Positions 48,905 to 57,978 of a stretch of 64,000 nt of DNA are shown here, piece by piece. Each line of letters opens with the position of its first letter. Position 1 is the stretch's first letter. Position numbers and translations under genes: made by a program. The notes beneath the pieces are model-generated. The model searched no databases and was not told the origin of the DNA. It worked only from the letters and a program-made list of their open reading frames with translations. This stretch comes from Thecamonas trahens ATCC 50062 (lineage: Eukaryota; Protista; Apusomonadida), in assembly GCF_000142905.1 (NCBI RefSeq), contig NW_013657615.1:62001-126000 (forward strand). The letters are read 5' to 3'.

Positions 48905-51900
48905 TTACCTGCGATGCCGCGTCCGTCGCACATACATCATCCACGCCATAAAGTGCTCAAAGAGAAGCAGCGCCCGTTGCTTGCGTGCCTTGGCCTCCAC
49001 AAACGCCACCAGCTTGGCACGGACAGACGCCACTCGGTGCCATTCGCGGAGGACCACGAGCCCGACCTCGCGCGACGCCGTGCTCTCGAGCCGGACCCTG
49101 CGCCACGCCAGAAACGCCGCCCGCAGCCGGTTCCGCCGCGCCATTGCACTCGCACGGCTCGCCAGCGATTGCGCCCGCATCACCCGCCACACCCGCCCGA
49201 CGGCGTGCTGCGACGCCATCGCCTCTGCCGCAGCTTGTGCGCCCAGCCGGGCTTCGGTCTTGCCCAGCCAGAGCTCAAATGCGCCGCGAAGACCCTTGCG
49301 CCGCGCGTACCGCGCCCCGCGCCCTTCCAACCGCCGAATCCGGATGGCCACACTCGCCTTGCCCCGCCACCGCGCAAAGGCCCCAGCCGCCAGCGCCCGA
49401 CGATCTGCGGCCCTGCGCGCCCGCGCCCGCGCCGAAACGTGCGCCCGTGCTACCCACGTCCGCATCGTCTTGTACGCAAGCTTGTGGGCCTTGCGTGCGC
49501 CGTCCGCCTCGGAACGCGCCCGCAACATTCGGCTCTGTCGCGCAGTCTTCGCCCAAGCCCTCAGCGCGTTCCGCTTCCGCCGGCTCGCCACTGCGTTCGC
49601 TTTGGCCAGCACAATCTTGGCAATGATCGCCGCCCGCCACCGCCGCAGAAAGTACTCCTTGGTCGTCCGTCCACGCCACGCCACTACCGCATCGCGTGAC
49701 TCCCGCAGCCGCCGCAGTCTTCCGGCTGTCGACGCCCACGCCCAGAACACCTTGCCCTGCCACCACGCCGCGGCCGCAGCCTCTTGTTCGCGCCGCGCAG
49801 CAACCGCGTGCCGCCACACCGCCATGACCCGGACAATAAGGTTGCCCTCCAACCGCTCGCGCCCTATCGCCACACGCGCCCGATCGACTCGCGTCACACG
49901 GGTTGCGTGCACCCACCGCGTCCACGCCGTAACCTGAACTCGCTGCCCATGCTTGCTCGCCAAAAACACAAACCGGGCGCGCAAGTTGGCTTCACGCACC
50001 GCAACCTCGCGCCACGCGTGCAACGTCGCACGCATCACCCGCGTCGCGCGCGCCTTGTCAAACACAACCACCCGCCCGCGCACCACGCGCCGCTCCACCG
50101 CAGATCGCTGCCACTGAAGCCACATTCCGCGAAGGAGCCGGAACCGTGCAAGCGCATCGGCCCGCACCGCAGCCTCACGCGCGTGCCCAGCCTCGACAAG
50201 CGCAACCCGCCAGGCCTTGAAGAACCGCGCACCGAGCGTGCTCACGCCAAACGCCCGCGCCGCTTCCCGCTCTTCCACCCGACGCGCCGCCAGTGCCGCC
50301 CACTCCTCCACCACGCAGACCATCAGCCGCGTCCGGTAGTGGACCAGCGCCTTGGCCGTGTCGCGGGCAAGCTGTGCACGGGTCTGCGCCACTGCGCGCC
50401 ACCCGTCAAACGCAAGCCGAAGTACGTTTTTGAGCGGACGGACAGCGTAGTACGCCTGCAGTGTGCGGCGATGCCACGCCCGCCGCGTCGCCCAAGCAGC
50501 CCAAGCGCCAAACACCGCCGCAACCACAGACTCGTCGCGGACCTCGTCGAGCTCGGCGACCGCCGCGCCTTGCGCCGCCTGAAGCGCCGCCTGTCCGCGC
50601 CATGCCCGCAGCACCGCGCGCCCGGTCCGCACCTCACGCCAGGCTACAATCATGGCCTCGCGCTCGCGCAGAACACGCGCCTGCCGCGCGTACACAGCCC
50701 ACCCGACCACGCTCCGCTCCAGCAGCCGTGTCTCGCGGTACGCCAGCGCCACTCGGGTTCCGGCGGCTTCGTACGCGCTGGCCGCTGCTCGCATCTTCCA
50801 AGCTGCAAACGCGGCAGTAACTGCCCGCCGCGCCCGCGTCGCCTCCACAAGCACCGCGGCCTCGCGCTCGGCATGCCGCCGCCACACTGTGCCCGACCAA
50901 AACCGGAAGACCCGCGACGAGAGCCGCGCCATGTACGTTGCGTCGGCAGTGCGGATGTCGGCCGAGACCAGCGCCTCGACTGCTGCCCGCGACTGCCATG
51001 CCCGAAGCACGCGCCGGGCCATCCGCCGCCCATAGTGCGTCCGCGCCCGTGCACTTCCGTCACGCTCAACAACAACGCCGCGCCAGCCAGCAAAGACCCG
51101 GCCAAGTACGTTTCGGTCTGCGGTGGCGGCGGCTTTCACCAGCCCCGCGCGCTCGGCAACCGCCCAGACCGCCACTTGCCGCCAAGCATCAAAGGCGGTT
51201 GCCACAGGCACCCGCCGCCATCGCAGCACCGCGCGCTCAGCAGCTACCGCCACGGCCTCGGGCACGGTCTCTAGCTCAACAACCAACGCCTCCACAGCCG
51301 CGTGCTCCGCCAGCCTCTCGCTCGTCGCCGCTTGCCACTTGGCAAACATCCCACCGGCGGCCTCGAGGTCCCTGGCGGCCACCCTCCGGAGCAGCGCGGT
51401 GTACTTGCGCCAGTGGGCAAACGCGCCCGCCATCTGTCGCGCAGCCAGCGCATCCACGGCGTACGCCTTGCGTCGCGCGACCTCGGCCCGGTGCAGTGCC
51501 ACCCGCGCCCAGCTGCGGAACACTCGCCGGGCCTTGACCTCACCCACAGCCGCCGCATGCGCTGCAGCCTTGGCCGGCGCAAAGACCGCAAAGTGCCAGG
51601 CGTCCCAAGCAAGCAGTACCCCACGCCGCGAACGGAGCGCCTCAAACGCCTCGCGGCGCGCACGGAGCGAGCCGGCAACCCGTGTCCGCTCCTTCCACAG
51701 CGCAAATGCCGACGCAGCGCGCTTGCGCGCCGCTGCCACCGGAATCGCCTCGGCCGCAGCGCGGTATGCACTATACCGCGCCGCCTTGGCTCGCCACGCC
51801 GCAAACGCCCGAGCAGTGCCCAATGCAGTCAGCTTGGCGGTCGCGTCCCGCACATATGCAGCGTGTGCCACCGCAGCGCGCAGGCCCGCGAGCCCGCGCC

Positions 51901-54900
51901 GCTGCAGGTTGAGCTCGTACACACCGTCCATCTCCAGCGCGCGGACAGCGCGAGCATCCTCAGCCACGGCAGTCACCTTCTGCCACCGGCGGAGCATGAT
52001 GGTCTTGAGCTCGGCGTCGCGGCGGGCAGCTGCGGCTCGCCGCGCCCGCGCAGCCACCGTGGCACCGACCCAAACCCCGAGCGCCGCACGGGCCTGCCGC
52101 GCCTCGGACGCCGCGCGAGCCTCTGCCTCGAGCCGCCGCAGATGCAACGCGCGGAGCCAGGTGATCCAATACCGCGAGAGTAGAACCGTCGAGACGGCAC
52201 GGGTCGACGCCGACAGCTGTTCGTTCTTCGCGAGCGACCACCGTGTGACGTCAAACCAGCCACCAAAGGCGCGATCGCGAAGCCGAAAGGCATACAGCTC
52301 GTCTGCCGCCGCCTCCTGCGCAGCGTCGTTGGCCATGGCGCGGGCAAAGCCGGCCCAGCGCGCCAGCGCTCGTGCCTGCAGCGACCGCGCTGCAAATTGA
52401 TCCGCGATTGCGCTGGTCTCGCGCGCATGCGCCACCCGCTCCCGGCGGCTGCGCCACGCAACGAACATCTTCGCGAGCGCATGGGCGCGAAAGAGACCGT
52501 CTGCAGTGGCTGCGGTCTTGCGCTCGGTCTGGACTGCTCCGAGCCACGCGCGCCAGGCTTCAAAGCCGCGGCGGAGGTAGGCACTGCGGAGGATGTCGGC
52601 ACCGCGGCTGAGCCGCTCGCGGGTGGTAGCGATGTCGCGCCGGCGGTCGCGCCATGCCCGGAGCATGGTCCGCCCGAGCCGGGCGTCGACTCTTTCTGCC
52701 AACTCGTCGCCAAGCTTGCGGAGGCTGGCGCTGCGCTCGCTGCCGAGCCGCCAGCCCAGGAGAGCACGCGAGAGGAGGCGCACCTGGGCACGGGCGCGGA
52801 GACGCGCGACCTCACGGGCGACGATGAGCTTGTCGCGCCAGGTGTGGAGCACGTTGTACGCAACAACAGCATTGTAGTGCTTCTCGCGCTTGCGGAGGTC
52901 GGCGTGCTTGCGCGCATAGGCAGCCCACGCAGTGAGGCACCGCGACAGCGCCGCACGGTCAAGGTGAACGAGAGCCTGGGCCGAGAGCTCGCGATTGGCC
53001 CGCGCGACTCGGGCTTTGTCAGCCCACCGACGAAGTGTCAAGCGCAGCCTCCGCTGGCGCCAGTCAGAGTGGAGTACAGACGTGTGATGGGCGAGGACCT
53101 TGGCCGAGCGGGTGTTGGTCCGCCAGCGGCCAAAAGCATGGCGGAGTCTGTCGGCGGCGGCGCGGTCCATGAGGCCGCGGACCACGTCCAAAAGGTAGCG
53201 CTTGCGGCGGGCCGACTCTGCCCAGTGTGCAAACGTACCACGAATGAGCGCACGCTCCTTGCGCCACAGCAGCGGCGCCAGCATTGCGGCTGACGTTGCG
53301 TGCTTGGCAGCCCGCCGGCGCCAGCGCGCAAAGAACGAGGCAAAGTAGTACTTGTCGGCCATCATCGCGTCGTGGCGGCGGGCGCGCGAGACTCTAGTCG
53401 ACGCCATCCATCGCGTCCACACGCCACGGACAAGCTCGTCGTTGATCCGAAGGTAGTACCGCTCTTCACGGCTCCGGAGCTCCACAATGTACCGAGCGTT
53501 TGCCCGCCAGGTGGCAAACTGGTACGACATCAAAGCACGCCGACGAGACGCCAGTGCGGCGGCGTTGTTGCGGCGGTCGGTAGCGTCGGCAGAGGCAACC
53601 GCGGCCCAGGCGAGAAGGATCCGGCGCTTGCCCGCCGCCTCGAGCTCGCCCAACACGTAGTGGAGCATGGCGCGGTTCTCGGTCCGCTTGACATAGGAGG
53701 TATACCAGGCGGCAAAGCGTGCGGCCTTGGTTCTGCTTGCAGAGCGGGCATCGGCGATGGCAAGCTGCGCGCGCTGACGCTTTCGACGAGCAACAAAGGC
53801 ACGCCAGGCAGCCCAAGCATTGGTGCGGCGGTTGCGCACACGGATAGCCTCGCGCCGGGCGAGCGTCCTGCGGATGTGGATGTCATTAAAGGCGGTGACA
53901 GCCCAGGCCCGGAATATGCGCCGCATTTCGCGGCGACGGTACTCGTCAACGACAGCTTTTTCGTGGAGCGAGAGCGAGGTAGCATCGACCCAGAACTTGA
54001 ATGCCCGTGACGCAGCGCGCCAGATCGAGCCGGCCTCGACAGTAGCGGCCGCAGCGGCGATGGCGCGCTTCTTGGCAAAAGCTTTGCGCCAGGCGGCAAG
54101 GTAGATGCGCTTGCGTGCGATGACAAAGGCGGCGGCGTTGGCGGCGTACACCGCGTTGGCGGCCGCAGTCAGAGCCTTCCATCGTGTGACCACGTCCTTG
54201 AGCCGCCAGAACTGCGAGCGGAGGGCAACAGTGTCGCCGATGGCGTTCACAGCACGGGCTGCGGCCCAGTCGGCCTTCCACGCGCGCATGACTGACTTGA
54301 GCCGGAGGATGCGGAAGCCACGCGCAGCGACGGCCGCCAGTTCACCGTCCTCCAGCGAGCGAACAGTCGCCGCCCGCCAGATCGGGAACAGCGTCCGCCA
54401 TGCCCAGGTAGCCCGGAACCGGTCGGCGTCGACAATGTCTTGCCGCCAGCGCCAGGTCTCAAACGAGGTGGCAACGAGGGCGTAGGCGGCATGCGCATCA
54501 GCAGCCGACTCAAGCGCCGCGATCTTGCGGCGGTGAGCAAGGTGTGCGTGCCAAAGGTCCATGACACCGCCAATGAGGCGGCCGCGGTCGATGCGATCAG
54601 CCAAACTGAGCGCCTCAGCCTGGGCCCGCTGGACATGGGCGACGTCGTGCCAGGCGTGAAGAACCCGCGAGAGGACAAAACGGGTGAGGACAGTGGCAAT
54701 ATGGGCTGCGCCGGCGTTGATCCGGGCGGACGACGCTGCCGCCTCCTTCCAGCGACTCCAGGCGCTGTCGAGCTTGTTGTGGACGTAGACGATCATGGCG
54801 GTCTCCTTGTTCTCGCGGTATGCTGCCGAAGCTGCAGCAGTGGTGGCCCAGGCAGAAGCGACACTGGTGAGCAGCCTGCGAACGTAGTGCATGTCGGCGA

Positions 54901-56596
54901 TGGCAACAGCGGCGCGTTCGACCGCAGTGTCGGCCGAGGTGGCATGCCAAGCGAGCAGCACTCGTCGGAGGATCGACCGGTGCCTGAAGGCAAGCGCCAC
55001 GTAGTTGTGGGTTCGGGCGGCGTAGGCGGCTCGGAAGGCGGCCATGGTGGAGGCCTTGTTGCGGGTGTTGGCGCGGAGGACAAAGAGCGCCTCTCGGCGG
55101 TGGAGCTCGGCGAGCGAGTGGGCGGCACGGGTCCAGGCGCGGAGGATGCGCTTGCCGAGCCGGCGAAGGTAGACCGAGCGGGCGAGAGCCGACTCTGTGG
55201 AGAGTTGGACCTCGACGGCGGCGCGAGCGCGCCAGATGCGGAGTGCAGCCGAGGCGCGGCGGACCGCGCAGGCGCGGCGGAAGCCAGCGAGCTCGCCGGC
55301 GCGGGCGCGCCAGACGCGAAAGGCGTAGCCGAGGTCGGCGGCGGCAAGCAGAGTCGTGCCGTGAACAAGGAGCGACTCGCGAGAGGGACGGATGTGTGCG
55401 AGGACAGCATCGGCATCGTCGCCCATGGCAAGGACCAGCGTCGTCTCGCCGTGGCCCGGATGGAAGTGCGGGCGGGTGACGGCGTGGAGGTTGAGACCAA
55501 ACGATGTATAGAGCCAGCGAGCAAGGCCGCGGACGAGAGCTGGTGCATCAATCGGCAGCGGTGCTGCGGCATGGGCACGAACGAGCCAGGTGTGCAATGA
55601 CTTGCGCGCAAGGTTGGTGGCCCACATCTTGAGGGCAGCATAGTTGCGATCGGCATCGAGTCGTGCGGCGAGCGCGTCTGAGGCGAGAACGCCAAGCGCG
55701 TTGCGCATGAGTTTGTGTGCGTAGAAGACGTCGGCGTGGGCAATCTGTGTCCGCCGGGCCTGGACGGCGAGGGCGAGGCCGGCAAAAGCCTTTGCGACGA
55801 GGGTATTGTCGTAAAAGGTGATAGCGGAGACCCAGTTTGCGAGAGCCGTTTTGCGAGCAGCGGCGGCGTCGACGACTCGCTGGCGCCACGCACGGACAAC
55901 CGCAGCTTTGGTCTTCATCCGGGCGTACTCGCGGGCGTCTGCGAGCGAGATCCGCGACCGTCTCCGAGCGACAGCACCCTGGCGCGCGGCGCGCGGGCGG
56001 ACGGCAGCCTTGGTCAACGGTGGCGAGTGGGCGAGATACGCCGAGGCCAGTGCTTTGACTGGATAGCTCGAGGCATCGTCGATGGGTAGCATCGAGCTAG
56101 CATGACGAGGAGCAAGCGCGCCCGAAGCCGCGAGCGGATTGAAGGACGAGGCGGCGAGCTGGCTTGCGGCGATGCGATTGCCGGAGGCTCGGGAAGGAGC
56201 AGCAAGATAAGCATTGGCCTCGACAGCGTTGGCAAACTTTGACCACCAGTCGAGCTCGGGATCGAGCGAGAGCTTGAGAAGGAAGCGGTAGAAGTGGGTA
56301 TCATCTGCTGGCGAGATGCGGTGCTTGCGGAGGACTGTTTCATAGGCGGCGAGGACATCGACGAGCGAGAGAGTATTGGATGATCCGCCATGTGCGGCCG
56401 TGGCCACTGTGATGATCTCCTCAATGACCGCCAGCTCGTCACGGGTATACCCTCGCCCACCTCCAGCCGCCTCCATGCTCGCCACCGTCGCCCGTCCGAC
56501 CGACGCCGATGCCGCCAGTACCTCTGCCGCCGAAGCAGCTTCCCGCGTTGGCGGCGAGTGCCCATGCCCAAACCGCACCCGTGTCGTAGCCCGCAT
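48905..56596 (-). CDS. SFI1: SFI1-like centrin-binding protein (2563 aa)
   Basis: N-terminal LVDVLAAYETVLRKHRISPADDTHFYRFLLKL (Sfi1 N-motif), then dozens of A-x7-LL-x3-(F/L)-x2-W(R/K)-type repeats in an Ala/Arg-rich helix. Confidence 0.85.
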   Translation of the reverse strand: MRATTRVRFGHGHSPPTREAASAAEVLAASASVGRATVASMEAAGGGRGYTRDELAVIEEIITVATAAHGGSSNTLSLVDVLAAYETVLRKHRISPADDTHFYRFLLKLSLDPELDWWSKFANAVEANAYLAAPSRASGNRIAASQLAASSFNPLAASGALAPRHASSMLPIDDASSYPVKALASAYLAHSPPLTKAAVRPRAARQGAVARRRSRISLADAREYARMKTKAAVVRAWRQRVVDAAAARKTALANWVSAITFYDNTLVAKAFAGLALAVQARRTQIAHADVFYAHKLMRNALGVLASDALAARLDADRNYAALKMWATNLARKSLHTWLVRAHAAAPLPIDAPALVRGLARWLYTSFGLNLHAVTRPHFHPGHGETTLVLAMGDDADAVLAHIRPSRESLLVHGTTLLAAADLGYAFRVWRARAGELAGFRRACAVRRASAALRIWRARAAVEVQLSTESALARSVYLRRLGKRILRAWTRAAHSLAELHRREALFVLRANTRNKASTMAAFRAAYAARTHNYVALAFRHRSILRRVLLAWHATSADTAVERAAVAIADMHYVRRLLTSVASAWATTAAASAAYRENKETAMIVYVHNKLDSAWSRWKEAAASSARINAGAAHIATVLTRFVLSRVLHAWHDVAHVQRAQAEALSLADRIDRGRLIGGVMDLWHAHLAHRRKIAALESAADAHAAYALVATSFETWRWRQDIVDADRFRATWAWRTLFPIWRAATVRSLEDGELAAVAARGFRILRLKSVMRAWKADWAAARAVNAIGDTVALRSQFWRLKDVVTRWKALTAAANAVYAANAAAFVIARKRIYLAAWRKAFAKKRAIAAAAATVEAGSIWRAASRAFKFWVDATSLSLHEKAVVDEYRRREMRRIFRAWAVTAFNDIHIRRTLARREAIRVRNRRTNAWAAWRAFVARRKRQRAQLAIADARSASRTKAARFAAWYTSYVKRTENRAMLHYVLGELEAAGKRRILLAWAAVASADATDRRNNAAALASRRRALMSYQFATWRANARYIVELRSREERYYLRINDELVRGVWTRWMASTRVSRARRHDAMMADKYYFASFFARWRRRAAKHATSAAMLAPLLWRKERALIRGTFAHWAESARRKRYLLDVVRGLMDRAAADRLRHAFGRWRTNTRSAKVLAHHTSVLHSDWRQRRLRLTLRRWADKARVARANRELSAQALVHLDRAALSRCLTAWAAYARKHADLRKREKHYNAVVAYNVLHTWRDKLIVAREVARLRARAQVRLLSRALLGWRLGSERSASLRKLGDELAERVDARLGRTMLRAWRDRRRDIATTRERLSRGADILRSAYLRRGFEAWRAWLGAVQTERKTAATADGLFRAHALAKMFVAWRSRRERVAHARETSAIADQFAARSLQARALARWAGFARAMANDAAQEAAADELYAFRLRDRAFGGWFDVTRWSLAKNEQLSASTRAVSTVLLSRYWITWLRALHLRRLEAEARAASEARQARAALGVWVGATVAARARRAAAARRDAELKTIMLRRWQKVTAVAEDARAVRALEMDGVYELNLQRRGLAGLRAAVAHAAYVRDATAKLTALGTARAFAAWRAKAARYSAYRAAAEAIPVAAARKRAASAFALWKERTRVAGSLRARREAFEALRSRRGVLLAWDAWHFAVFAPAKAAAHAAAVGEVKARRVFRSWARVALHRAEVARRKAYAVDALAARQMAGAFAHWRKYTALLRRVAARDLEAAGGMFAKWQAATSERLAEHAAVEALVVELETVPEAVAVAAERAVLRWRRVPVATAFDAWRQVAVWAVAERAGLVKAAATADRNVLGRVFAGWRGVVVERDGSARARTHYGRRMARRVLRAWQSRAAVEALVSADIRTADATYMARLSSRVFRFWSGTVWRRHAEREAAVLVEATRARRAVTAAFAAWKMRAAASAYEAAGTRVALAYRETRLLERSVVGWAVYARQARVLREREAMIVAWREVRTGRAVLRAWRGQAALQAAQGAAVAELDEVRDESVVAAVFGAWAAWATRRAWHRRTLQAYYAVRPLKNVLRLAFDGWRAVAQTRAQLARDTAKALVHYRTRLMVCVVEEWAALAARRVEEREAARAFGVSTLGARFFKAWRVALVEAGHAREAAVRADALARFRLLRGMWLQWQRSAVERRVVRGRVVVFDKARATRVMRATLHAWREVAVREANLRARFVFLASKHGQRVQVTAWTRWVHATRVTRVDRARVAIGRERLEGNLIVRVMAVWRHAVAARREQEAAAAAWWQGKVFWAWASTAGRLRRLRESRDAVVAWRGRTTKEYFLRRWRAAIIAKIVLAKANAVASRRKRNALRAWAKTARQSRMLRARSEADGARKAHKLAYKTMRTWVARAHVSARARARRAADRRALAAGAFARWRGKASVAIRIRRLEGRGARYARRKGLRGAFELWLGKTEARLGAQAAAEAMASQHAVGRVWRVMRAQSLASRASAMARRNRLRAAFLAWRRVRLESTASREVGLVVLREWHRVASVRAKLVAFVEAKARKQRALLLFEHFMAWMMYVRRTRHRR

Positions 56597-56902
56597 GCTT
56601 ATGCAGTGCTACGCCCGCGTGCGGTGTGCGGGTTGGGTGGGTGGGCTTGTACAGCCTAGCCGCTATCGTCGTCGTCGCTGGGGGAGGCGGGAGAGAGCGA
56701 GCGAGTGCCGTTTGAGTTTCGTCCGTTGGGACGGCGGGTGGGGAAGGGGGGTGGGGGGTGGGGGTGTAAATTTTTTTCTTCCGGTCAGAGAACCGATACA
56801 CGTTTTCTCGCCCCCGTCACTCCACAAATCGTTTCATGAAGTCAGTGGTGAGGCAGAGGGGAGTGAGAGAGTGTGGGTGTGGAGAAGGGTATAGACTCGA
56901 CG

Positions 56903-57733
56903 ATGGCAGTCAAGGTTAGTGTGTGGGCGGTGGCGTGTGTACTGGCTGCAGTGGCTGTAGGCCTTGCAGCAGGCGACATTAACTCGTGGCTCGACGACGA
57001 CGACGACGACGACAACAACAATGTGGGCAGAGTCGGCGGAGCTAGTACGGGTGGTGGTGGTCATGCCGAGGCGCATGGGCGGCCGGCCAACGAAGACGAC
57101 ATGCGGCGGAGTGGTGGCGGAGGGCAAGGTGGCGTGGGAGTGACCGGCTTGGATGCGGCGGACGAGGATCAGTTCCTTACGCCGCGCGACGGATGCGCGC
57201 CCGACTCGAGCCACAGCGAGCCGTTCAAGCCGCGGAGGAAGCTCTCGTTCTGCAAGGAGTTCTCCCAGTTTGGCTGCTGCGATGCCAAGGACGCCAAGGC
57301 GATCAAGGCGACGGTGGATGAGCTTGTTGACCCCAAGTGCTCGGCGTGCCATGCCATCATCGCCCAGATGAAGTGCTCCGAGTGCCACCCGGAGGCTGGC
57401 AAGTTCTGGCTCGAGCGGTTCTCCTCGGTCCGCCTCTGCGCCGGCTTCTGCCGCTCGCTCTTTGCGCTCTGTGCTGACATTCCGCTCTTCCGCGATGCGC
57501 GCAACGACGACGGAACGAGCGCGGCCATGTTCATCAACGGCGGCGACATCGACGTCGACACCTTTTGCGAGCCGCACGTCGCGCCGGGGCCCAACTGCTT
57601 CTCCGGCACCGTTCCGTCCGGATGGGATGAGGAGTGCAAGTGCCCCAACCACGACTGTCTTCCCGAAGATCTCCCACCTCCACCCGGCGCTGCCAGCGAG
57701 GACTTTGCCACTATCAACCTCGGCACCATCTAG
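56903..57733 (+). CDS. Secreted Cys-rich folate-receptor-family (Folate_rec/HHIP-N-like) protein
   Basis: Signal MAVKVSVWAVACVLAAVAVGLAAG; FCKEFSQFGCC..CHAIIAQMKCSECHP..LCAGFCRSLFALCAD Cys spacing. Confidence 0.72.
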   Translation: MAVKVSVWAVACVLAAVAVGLAAGDINSWLDDDDDDDNNNVGRVGGASTGGGGHAEAHGRPANEDDMRRSGGGGQGGVGVTGLDAADEDQFLTPRDGCAPDSSHSEPFKPRRKLSFCKEFSQFGCCDAKDAKAIKATVDELVDPKCSACHAIIAQMKCSECHPEAGKFWLERFSSVRLCAGFCRSLFALCADIPLFRDARNDDGTSAAMFINGGDIDVDTFCEPHVAPGPNCFSGTVPSGWDEECKCPNHDCLPEDLPPPPGAASEDFATINLGTI

Positions 57734-57774
57734 TCTGTTTAAGGTTAAAGCATAGCCTCTACCAGCCGTTGGCC

Positions 57775-57885
57775 AACCGCCCGTCGCCCATCCCCAGCTG
57801 CCCATCCCCAGCTGCCCATCCCCAGCTGCCCATCGTCCATCGCCCATCGCCCATCGCCCATCGCCCATCGCCCATCGCCCATCGT
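57775..57885. repeat. Short tandem repeats (CCCATCCCCAGCTG)x3 and (CGCCCAT)x6
   Basis: Read directly in the intergenic region. Confidence 0.85.
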
Positions 57886-57978
57886 CGGCCGTCAGCCGAC
57901 ACAACGGACCCCTACCCCCCCCCCCCACCCCACCCCCCCCCCCCCCCACCCCCACCCCCTCCCGCCACTGCACTCACT

